Positions 1 to 10,200 of a stretch of DNA of 43,907 nucleotides are shown here, piece after piece (within the stretch, counting starts at the first letter, position 1; each line of letters begins with the position of its first letter). The stretch lies in assembly GCF_041956535.1 (NCBI RefSeq), contig NW_027192212.1:508426-552332 (forward strand), in the 5' to 3' direction. Under the pieces are notes generated by a model. The model was not told where the DNA came from and did no database searches. It saw only the letters and a program-made list of their open reading frames with translations. The stretch is from Calcarisporiella thermophila CBS 279.70. Lineage: Eukaryota > Fungi > Calcarisporiellomycota. A program made the translations under genes and the position numbers.

Positions 1-555
1 TTTTGAGAGTTTTCAATGGCCAATGGCGTGTGAGTACTGAGATTCTCCGCAAAAGGCAAATAATCTACTTGATCGGCCTCTTGAATCTCTGATAAGAGAG
101 TGGGCCAGGCCACCTAATTTAGTAGTACTCAACTCAAGCTTGTTGGATATATCCTGAATACAGTTTGAAGTTATCACATAACACCATAAAAGACGATTTT
201 TAATGAGAGTTTGTGTTAAGCTCTTTCCGAAAAGCAGCGGGCTGAGCCGCCAATAGTTTGCCTGCGGCCAAAATGCGACCAAATGGAGCCACATACACAA
301 GAATAGATTCTAAATCATCCTCCCACCTAGGGCCCCGAATTTCCGCCCCCTCCTGCACCAGTAAAAATCCGTCTATGGGAAATTTGCTACGCCACTCTAT
401 TGACAGGATGATTAATTGTTGGAGTATATATATTTGGTGATTTTTCGCGTCGCATTCAGAAAACGTCAACTCATTTTCTATTCCTTTTTTTTAATATCGC
501 TATCTCTAACCTTTTTAAAGCATATCTCTTTTTCTTCAATCCTCCAAACAACAAG

Positions 556-741
556 ATGCCGAATATCTTTGCCACATGCCCTAAAGGACAGAAAGAAACT
601 AGATACGATTGTAATGGCTACACGGTCTCCGTTTCTAATCAGGTTCAAGTTGTCTTGGCTAAAGTTCGTATTGGTGTGCCAGAAGCGAGCTCCACGGGGG
701 CAAAAAATACCCCAGCAAAAGGACAAAGATCAAAGTCCTGA
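556..741 (+). CDS. 61-aa basic microprotein, 'MPNIF' family copy 1, function unknown
   Basis: Ungapped paralog of 2296-2481 (25/61 identical by manual count) with mostly synonymous codon differences in the conserved blocks. TATATATA at 425-432, pyrimidine-rich leader, CAACAAG-ATG start context, AATAAA at 952-957. Confidence 0.8.
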   Translation: MPNIFATCPKGQKETRYDCNGYTVSVSNQVQVVLAKVRIGVPEASSTGAKNTPAKGQRSKS

Positions 742-1386
742 GTCTTGAGTTCACTTCTTGGCTCTTTCCTCCCCTCACTCACTTAGCTAGCACCTCATTG
801 CATTTTTTTCTCTTCTTCTCTTCTCACCCTTCTCTGCATGGTTGATGGGGTGTTTTTCCTAAGCTTACATTACATTTTGTTCTGTATTTCATATACCTCT
901 TTTTTGCATTTCAGAGATACGATTGTAAAAACTCAACCTTTCTGTTTATCAAATAAAATTAATTCCAGACTTTCTACTCCAGGCTTTTCAAATCCCAGCT
1001 GTTGAGAGCAGTATAAATAACCTTCCAATTCACCTAGCAATTAAACAATGCCCCGTAGCGGCGGCAAGTATTTTCTCTCACATTTATACCTGAATCTATA
1101 ATCTGGAGGTGAAAATAGGCCCAGTAGGAGTCGTTGAATATCAATAATATAACATGCCAACGGGGTACGAAGGATGGTTTTAAACTAACAATTTATTAGA
1201 CGAAAATAAAACAGTTGCTAATTTATTGTGAAAAGCTGAAGCAATTAATTGAAAGTTAAAATACTGAATGAGAACAAATAGATTCAACGAGAAGAAAGCA
1301 AATACATGTACTATATCTGAAACTCAATATAGAAAGGACCAACAATAAATAGAAATAAGTCGAGGTGGGTTGAAACGAGGACACAG

Positions 1387-1545
1387 CTAGATATTCATAC
1401 GAATGAAAACGCAGAGAACCTGCTTAGACTCCTGGTTCCCGGGCGCTTTGTCCTTTCTCTTTGCCTTTTTCTTGGTGATGAGAGGTGTGACGTCGGCCGT
1501 CACCTTATTTGCTCCAGGTTTCTTAAAGGTGAATGGGTTTTTCAT
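1387..1545 (-). CDS. Putative 52-aa Lys-rich microprotein (MKNPFTFKKPG...)
   Basis: ATG at 1545 to TAG at 1387. CCAAT and CACGAAA upstream on the minus strand (about 1640-1660); T-rich 3' region with AATAAA (plus-strand tttatt 1222-1227). No recognised homolog. Confidence 0.35.
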   Translation of the reverse strand: MKNPFTFKKPGANKVTADVTPLITKKKAKRKDKAPGNQESKQVLCVFIRMNI

Positions 1546-2295
1546 AGTCGGATAGCAATTGACAGATGATAACCCCAAACCACCCTCTCCACCAAGTTGC
1601 CCCACTTACATACAACTCTAGGTCAAGTTCTCGACTATTTTTCGTGAGTTTACGATTGGTCCAGTGGGTAGTTCAATTTCGGAAATTGCCTCTTGTTGCC
1701 TCCAAGTGCCGATCCGAATTTGAAATCTCTACCAAACCAATAGCGGGCCTGGGGTGAACCATGAAAACCTTTGTAGAACAACAGACCAGGCGCTTGAGTT
1801 CTGGGAAATAAATTATGATTTATTTTTGAGATGTTTAAGGAGCTTGTTGGGTGCGTTTATATTAGTCACCCCACCTCATAAAATGCCAAATGGGTTTGGC
1901 AACCTTCGCCATACAAGTCAACTCTTCTATGACAGACTTTTTGCGTGAAAGTATTGCGGCCGTATGTCAGATGTTCAGCTGGCCAGTAGGAAGGAAGGTA
2001 GAAAAGAAAGGTTGGCGATTCGTGTCATTGTAAGCCCTATTTAATACTTACAAAGTCGCGAATTCGCTTGATTTGGTGAGCCAGCCAAGATTTTAGGAGC
2101 GCTGGGGGCTGGGCCTTGGTTACCCTCGCCTGGTCAGTATTTTGTTTATAAAAGGACACGAAGTAAACGTTTCATAATCCTCCTAATCCGTTTCCTTCCC
2201 GTTCCATTTTCTTCACTAGTTGCCATATTCATCCCTCCTAAGTTGTCTAACAGAGCCTTCCTTCCTGCCCTCAATTACCCATTCAAATCCAACCA

Positions 2296-2481
2296 ATGCC
2301 CAATATCTTTGTAACGTGGCCTAGCGGAAAAACTCGTGTCAAATATAACTGCAATGGCTATACTGTCTCTGTATCGACTGAGAAACAGGTAACCAGCTTG
2401 ATAGTCGGCGGAGATGAGTTGAACGCCAAAGTCAAGGGAACCAGTAATAATAAAAATGGACACCCAAAAATTAAAAGATAA
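2296..2481 (+). CDS. 61-aa basic microprotein, 'MPNIF' family copy 2, function unknown
   Basis: Paralog of 556-741 with identical length. TATAAAAG at 2147-2154, CT-rich leader, CAACCA-ATG context, AATAAA at 2645-2650. Confidence 0.8.
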   Translation: MPNIFVTWPSGKTRVKYNCNGYTVSVSTEKQVTSLIVGGDELNAKVKGTSNNKNGHPKIKR

Positions 2482-3662
2482 TATTCCCTGGCCGCTACCC
2501 ATTCTTTTCTCAATTTAAATTTTATTATCTGATGCTCGTATATCAATACCCCTTTCAATTACCGTACTTTACTATCTAACTAGTCACTCATACCATATAT
2601 AATCAAACTACAATATTTCTTGTCATCATCTATCTATCTATCTAAATAAATACTTTTATTTTTTGAGGAATGGCCGATCTCATTATTATTGATTTTTCTC
2701 TTTTGCATCAGCATAGCAGCTATACCGTATGTGTGGAAATTGACATGGCTTTAATATAATCCTTTGTCGTATGTTGAACCTTTATAGCCAATATAAGGCC
2801 TCAGATCAAGCGCTTGCTTCCAAACCATTTTACTTGATTCAAATCCCTTTCTATTCCAGAGGTCATAACGCATTAGGTATATTGTAATAACTAAATTAGT
2901 AATGCTTTTTTTTGGATTTATACTAGTTACCACCTGGAGGGCATAGGGATCTTCTATTCCCTATCTATTGCTGAATTTTAATTGTTTCTTTCTCTCCCCT
3001 CCTACATCAATTTTATTCTTAGTTTAAGCATATTTTGTTTGCAAACTAACTTTGTGTATTCGTTTTTCCAAAAGGGACATAAATAGCAAAGTGCACATGA
3101 GACCTCAATGATAAAATGAAGTCATTCTGAATTGATGTTTCTGATAACAGCTTTTCGACTTTTATGTGAAACGCTCAAATTGAAGAGGTTCTTGGAGTAG
3201 ACTATGTCCTCAAGAAGAACTTAAGAACTCTGGATCAAATTGGCAGTCACGACCAAGAAAACTTCCTGTTGTGTGAAAAATTTTAAACGTTTGCCTTCTA
3301 CTCTGGTAGCATCGAAACAGTGAATTGCCTAGAACAGATGCACAGGCATCTATGATTCTAGTCGCTCCATTGATGTCTTACTCTTAAACTTTTCAAGCAA
3401 GAGGTGATATGCGAAAAGTTTGAAGTTATTCATATAGTTGAAAATTATATTTGAATGGGCTGATAGGCAGGGAAATGCGGGTAAAGGAAATAAAGTGAAA
3501 ATGAAAACAATTATGCCATTAATAAAATCAAATATTGTCCAATGTCACTCAAAAAGTCCTACCTAAATGGAATACAAACAAGAGAGAAATAAAAATAAAG
3601 CGGTTGGGTTGAAAAAGAATAAACAACCGCGCTTGTGCACAACAGTGTAAAAGAAAAGATGA

Positions 3663-4509
3663 CTAAAAAAGGGTTTCGAGCAGTGATTTCCTTCGCCCCT
3701 GCGCCGGAGATGGGGTAAGCTGCTTCACTTTTGTCACTATGACTGGACATGTGCAGTTGCGCACGAGATAGTCGCTGACACTTCCAAGAAGGCGTTTGAA
3801 GGTACCTAACCCTCGAGAGCCAACGATCACAATATCGGCACGGATATCTCGCGACAATTGAAGTAGCTTTTCTCGAGCATCTCCCTTAAGGACGTGTATT
3901 TGGGCTGTGACCTATTGTTTGGGGTTGGGTGAGGGGTTAGAACCTCAGGAGAGGAAGCATTGTACCCAAAAAGAAAATAAAAAAGAAGCAGGAAATTGTA
4001 CTAGCAATCGACCATACATACCCCTTTAGAGTTCAAACGATCTACGACTGGTTTGAGAAGTTCTACAGCCTCCTCACGTTCTTCGACGCTCAGTCTCCTT
4101 CCGTATCCTTGGCGCCCCACAGAAGCCTAAAGGACCGTGGGTGATGCGTTGATAAATGTGTTTAACGGAATAAAATAAACCACAGCGCCTGTCAGCTTAC
4201 CTCCTGTCCAAAATTCACATGCATATAAGTGCTTTCTTGCACGTCCATCACCGTAGCAAGGACTACGTGGTCAGAGTCCGTTAGCACGTTTGCAATGGCC
4301 CACTCGACCATCGAGTTGCAATCAGAGCTGTTGTCCCAGCACACAAGGACTCTTCTTCGCGTGTGTGGCTCTTTCCTGCTTGCGGTTGGAGACTGTGGGG
4401 GCGTGACCGTGGTCACGACGACCTGCTCCTTATCAGAGAGGAGGGCGGCTGGGTTGATTTCGAGCGGATGGACTGGCTGAGGCACCTGCCTTTGATCCTG
4501 AGTATTCAT
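3663..4509 (-). CDS. Universal stress protein (UspA domain), 3 exons (4509-4201, 4126-4022, 3911-3663)
   Basis: RRVLVCWDNS...VEWA N-terminal strand/helix and GDAREKL...ADIVIVGSRGLG...LLGSVSDYLVRNCTCPVIV C-terminal USP motifs; GT-AG introns join in frame. Confidence 0.9.
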
Positions 4510-4657
4510 TGTTGTTCGTGGTGAGTGTGCAGTGCAAATGAAGTTTGAAATGCTGGGTCTTATGAATGATAAAGCTGTCAGAAATATTGTTTATTGTTTG
4601 TTGAATGCAAGCAGAAACTTCCAGAGAAGCGTCCAAGCAAGAGAATCAAGGTGGGAG

Positions 4658-4947
4658 AGGGGCGAGGGGGTTGAAAAGGGGAAAGTTCCAGTGTGGAGGA
4701 GAAGGATTTTATATCCGAGAATGGGCGTTTGGAAAAAAAGAAAAATGTCTTACATCAAAGTATTTCATTATATTGATACATGTGGTTCGAGAACTCTGTG
4801 CTGATTTAGATTAAGCTCTTCAGGGGGCGCCCCTCCTCTTGACCGCTCGCTTCGAATAGGGGCTTGCCCACCTCTGCGTGAACTGAGCGCGATCTCCCAA
4901 GTCACGAGAACAACCACCGTAAAACGTGTATAAATTGAATAGAGGGG
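4658..4947. promoter_or_regulatory. Cluster of STRE-like AGGGG/CCCCT elements upstream of the USP gene
   Basis: AGGGG at 4658, 4665, 4677, 4822, 4858, 4943 and CCCCT at 4830. STRE is the Msn2/4 site in yeasts; function here is inferred. Confidence 0.3.
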
Positions 4948-5551
4948 AGTTATCCCGTTTTTGTGCGGGCCAATCTTGGCTGTGAGAAAAAGCGAGGGAA
5001 TCCGTCAGGCTGTGCCATGGTCCTGAAACCGGGTGGCTTGGGTCTGCCGGCCGACGTGCGCTCGACACCTAGCCGCTGGGCCTCGCCCACGCGAGTTGAA
5101 GATGAATAAAATCGCTCGCACCAAGCACGCTCTTCCAAAAGAGCTTTGTGCCGTACGCCTGGGAATTACACCATCAGGCTGGCCAGCCCCTGCTAACTCC
5201 GCCCACGTGCGGAGAGAAACGACTGCGCCATCGGTTGTTGTAAGATGGCACCAATCAGTGCGCAGAACCGGGTCTCAGATGTTTTCTATTCTTTTCTGTT
5301 CCTGGAGGCCTTCTGCATTCCTTGTTCTCCCTTCCCGTCCTCTCTCGACCCACCAGGGAATACTGCCGTTGGCCTGATTCCATCGCCTGCAATTGTCTCT
5401 AGCTCTCGAAATCGGACAAGCCTTCCTTTCTAGCTTCATAGTTGCGGCCGCCGACAGCATTATTGGACGAGTTCGCTATAACGCTACTCATTCTTGAAAC
5501 ACAAATTCGACTTAAGTACAGCTTGGAATGGTGATAGCGTAAACAATACCC

Positions 5552-6074
5552 ATGGCGCCTACCGTATGGAAAGTGCTTAGCACGAGACGTAAAAAGAAGC
5601 AGCAAGATCCAAAGGTAACTTAGTGCCCTTCCCCCCCTGTTGTGCTCTACCTTAAGGATTCTAACGCTTAAATCGGGCTTGTAGTATCTTGAGAAATCCT
5701 CTTCATCGCCCAATCTTCATAGTCTTTCTTCACCCTCTGAACCTCTCACGCCCCCGCCAACCCCCACCATCACAAACATAAGATCGCTAGCCTCCACAAA
5801 GGATTCTTGGGATGCCTACATGGCCTGCTTAAGCCCCCCAAGCCCCCCAACCTCCCCCTCACCTTCTCCCGCGCTACGGTTTTTCACCCTATCGCATAGG
5901 CGAAAAGTCAGACACACGGATTGTGTCAAGGATTTGATGGAAGTCAAGTTTGTTCTCCCCCCTCCTTCGACCATTGGGGATGGTATGGACGTGTGGGAAA
6001 AGGTGCAGTTTGGTGTGGGATTTGAAAATGTAATGGAGAGCGAGGTGGCGAGCACCCTCTATCCATCGTCGTAA
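5552..6074 (+). CDS. Hypothetical 150-aa Ser/Pro-rich protein, 2 exons (5552-5614, 5685-6074)
   Basis: CCC-ATG-G start; exon 1 MAPTVWKVLSTRRKKKQQDPK; 70-nt intron GTAACT...CTAAC...GTAG splices in frame into the 5820-6074 ORF; pyrimidine-rich 3' region. Confidence 0.7.
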
Positions 6075-7255
6075 CTATAAAAGTATTTTCTGTAATTTAC
6101 ACTTGATATATATCTTCCACCTAGATCTGGACACTATATACCCCCTTTTCTCTTTTCTTCTCTGAAGCCTTTCTTTTTCTTTTTTCTTCTTTTACTTTTC
6201 AACCTCTTTCCCTTCCACCCTCTGTCGCCACCTTTTTATCTAAAATTCCTCTATTTATTTCTTCATTTTTCTTTTCCATAGAATGTATTATATATAAGCT
6301 TTTTATTCTTTGTTAGCAAAGTTGGAAATATATCTCTTGAAAGAGCAGTCACCCTGTTCTCTTTGAAATTTTCTCGTATTTCCACCCCACCTGTGCTCTG
6401 ATTTGTTTACATTCTGTGGCTTTTCTTACGCCGCTTATCACCTCATTTAATTTTCGAGTTCAAGTAGTACTGCGTGGTGCGAAGAAAAACGGATCAGCTA
6501 GTGTTGGCCAACACTGGAACGCTTAGAGCGTTCATAAACGGTGCTAATGTATCTCCACTGGAACAAAGGATAACTGCCGACTGTTAGAGCGATATGTTAA
6601 AGTAGACCTTGGGGGAGGGGGGGGCACATAAATGGTAGTGACAGGGTTTTGCCAGAAAAGTGATAGCTCATAAGGTCTTCACCTGTACCTTTCCAAAGCT
6701 CGCTAGGCCATGGGCAGCGGTTGATACTTTCATCCAGCCAGCACAACCATGCTTACAAGCTCCCAAGCTTTGCACCATTTTATCCGCTTTCACGTCAAAA
6801 AAATATTCCTTGGCCCTTTTCCCGAGTCAAGTATCAGAGCAAAAGAAACAATCTGAAATCTATACGGAGGGGTTCCGGGTTGGCAGCCTCTCAAATTTTG
6901 GACCGTTTGTACACCAATGAACCGAAAGGCGATCGCTAATTGCCCATGTCTTTTATTATTTTTCTCGGACAGCATCTTTTATCCATATCTTTTTAATAAA
7001 TAATTTCTGTTTTAAGCTTACTTTCTTCAACTGCTTTGTCCATTTGTTTTCTTTTCCCAAATTCACCATAGACTCTTTTCCTCCTCCTCTAATAATACCG
7101 TTCCCACTACTTCACCGCCATTCCCTCCATCTTATCCACCGTCTGGTCCTACCCCCTCCTTCCCTTTCATCCCCTCCTATCTAGATATTTCCTCATTAAT
7201 ATTTATTAGAGTGAAACAATCCTTGGTCCATATTCCATTGACCTAATATTGGAAG

Positions 7256-10200
7256 ATGAACCCAAGCGATCGCTCACCCGATGAACATGCCCTCGATACC
7301 AACGATCATGATCTTGAGGCCTCAACTGGCAGAGGTGCAATAGGAGCTAGGCGCCAGCGTTCATTAACCCGGCCGGAACGGCAACGTGTTGACTCGACAA
7401 ACCCTCGTTTTCACTACATCAATCGAACCATGCACCTCGATGGTAATCCCATCCACGACGGGACAAGCCCAATAGGCGTGGCGCGGAACGGGCCACCTAT
7501 AAAACGAGGCAAAAGTGTGCTGGGGCGGGAACGCAGTGTGCGAAGAACACAGCGAAAGCGGAAGGACAGCGTAGGCGCTGTGGGCAAACATGCAGGGGGA
7601 GAGCGGGCATGCTCCCTCTGGAAAGTGTTCTATTATGCCGTTACATTTTACGCTCCTCCCTTTCTACTCTCGGCATGCGGCAAAAGAACGCCGCCTGTTC
7701 AGCGTGCATGGCGTGAGAAAATGGGTCTTATTACCATCATTTTGCTGCTGAGTGCTGCGGTCGGCTTTTTGTCTTTCGGATTCACACAGACGGCATGTAC
7801 GCATTCAAATCGTGTGCATGCTAGCAAGGTTGGACCTGGAATGATTGTGATTAATGGTGATGCGTATCAACTTGACTCCTTCCAGCATCCCATTACCCCT
7901 GAGCTCAATGCCGACACAAACCCATTCCCATTTGCTAACGCAAGTGGCAAGGATATCTCGTTTCTCTTCCAAAATGTCAACAATCATTGCCTGGGTGTGC
8001 TCAAGGTTAAACAAGGCGTGCAGTGGAACCAAGACGCAAATGGGAGGGTGCCAAACTATTTTCCCTGTGTGTATTTTGATCGCGAAAACCCTCCAGAGCC
8101 AGATCCGCAGGCAAATCCTGAAAGGATCGGATGTCATACCTCTTTCGATGCTCGGATGGCATACTACAAACTGAAGCCGATAGGAGAGCTCTTCTATAGG
8201 TGGGAGGAATTGGAAACCCACCGCAAGAATTTCATTGTGTATAACAAGTAAGGCTCTATTTTCCTGTTTATGGCGGGTCACGCATCCTTTCTAGTTGCTT
8301 ATACACTAATGTTTTACTTTTCTTCAACTTACTCCTCCATCCTCTCCAGTGATGTTCTGAATCTTGACCTGCTGAAGTGGCTCCCACAGGAGATCTTCGA
8401 CATTCCCCAATTCATGCTTAATCTCACGAATCCTCAACAGACGAGTGTCATGATCGGCAAAGATTCCACTCTCTCCTTCCTCAACTCGAATCAGCGCCAG
8501 ATCGCCGATTGCTTAAGCGATATCATTCGCGTTGGCGTTATTGAGGCGAAGACAATGGGCTGCCTTGCTTCAGACGTCGTCCTGTATCTCATGTTGGTGG
8601 TGATCTTGGGCGTGGTCGTTTCAAAGTTCGTGTTAGCGGTAAGTCTGAGTGTTGATTGTTGTATGAGTTCTCAGAGTGAGATAGGCTTACGGTTTTTTGG
8701 ACCTTATTTTTTTGTGCATCGGCCCCTAGGTAATCTTTGGATGGTTCCTTTCGTGGCGTCTTGGTTCCTTCAAAAAGGGCTCTCGTGAGGAGCGCCGCAG
8801 GCGTGAGGAGGAGATTGAGCAATGGTCGCGCTCCATCAATGACCCTGCAGCCCAAATCCGTCCAAGCAGTCGCGTGGGAAGTACCATTGTGCCCAAATCA
8901 TCCCGTTATAGCTCGTATGGAATGCGGATGTACGGAGAGAGTATGTCCTCCTTTAAGCCGAATTCGTCGTCCATCGGTTTTGGCGGTGGAAACGCGAGTA
9001 GATCGAATAGCTTTTATCTTGGGGGAGAAAGTCCGTGTGCTAGCCCGAGAATGAGTGGGATCTGGGACAACCCCACGAGTCGAGGAAGTACCCCGCCTCA
9101 AACACCCCACATGCGTGCGAAAGATAAACTTATAACCTCGCACGATCTCGAAGCAAGCGGCACCCCACCTTCTTCCTCGTGTCCCTTCCCACTCTCCCCT
9201 CATGTAGTCCCGCAGCCGCCCCCCGATTTTCAACCACACGGATTCCCGCTGCTGCACACAATGTGTCTCGTGACATGTTACTCGGAGGGTGAAGAGGGCA
9301 TACGCACCACGCTTGACTCTCTCGCCACCACAGACTACCCTAACAGTCATAAATTGCTCGTAGTCATTGCGGATGGCATGGTGAAGGGTGCAGGAAATGA
9401 CCTCGCGACGCCCGACATCGTACTTTCCATGATGGAGGACTTGCTCACCCCTGCCGACCAAATTCAAGCCGAGTCTTATGTTGCCATTGCGGATGGAGCA
9501 AAGCGCCACAACATGGCCAAGGTGTTTGCCGGGTTCTACAAGTATGACAAACATACGGTTCGCAAATCCAAGCAGCAGCGGGTTCCAATGGTGCTGATTG
9601 CAAAATGCGGGACCCCTGAGGAGCAAGATCAAGCTAAACCCGGCAATCGAGGAAAGCGGGACAGTCAGGTGATGCTGATGAACTTTTTACAAAAAGTCAT
9701 GTTCGATGAACGCATGACGCGGTTTGAATATGAGCTGTTCAATGCCGTCTGGCAAATAGCGGGGGTCAGCGCAGATCACTATGAGATTTTGTTGATGGTG
9801 AGTATGGAGCATTTTTGACCTTACAATGTTCAATTTTCATAATCTTGCTCTACCCTTTCCTCTCCTCCAATTTCCACCGTTATAGGTCGACGCTGACACC
9901 AAAGTTTTCCCTGATTCCCTGTCACGCATGGTGTCGTGTATGGAGCGAGATCATGAAGTGATGGGATTGTGTGGTGAGACTAAGATCGGAAATAAGACAA
10001 GTAGTTGGGTGACCATGATTCAAGGTAAATCAACAAGGGAATAGATCCTACTGAGTGTATGTGTGATAGCTCACGGTATCTCTTCTTATTTTCCTCTTCA
10101 CGCAGTCTTTGAGTATTATATCTCGCACCATCTCTCCAAGGCCTTCGAATCTGTTTTCGGTGGTGTCACTTGTCTTCCTGGCTGTTTCAGTATGTATCGT

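Noticed and set aside
1012-1183. TATAAATAA followed by tiny ATG-CC ORFs (MPRSGGKYFLSHLYLNL, MPTGYEGWF)
   Set aside because: Too short, no similarity to the MPNIF peptides beyond Met-Pro, no independent support.
162-3429. 13-nt direct repeat AGTTTGAAGTTAT at 162-174 and 3417-3429 flanking the microprotein cluster
   Set aside because: AT-rich 13-mer matches are expected by chance in a 44-kb window; no terminal inverted repeats or transposase.
8898-9632. 244-aa minus-strand ORF
   Set aside because: Antisense shadow of chitin synthase exon 3.
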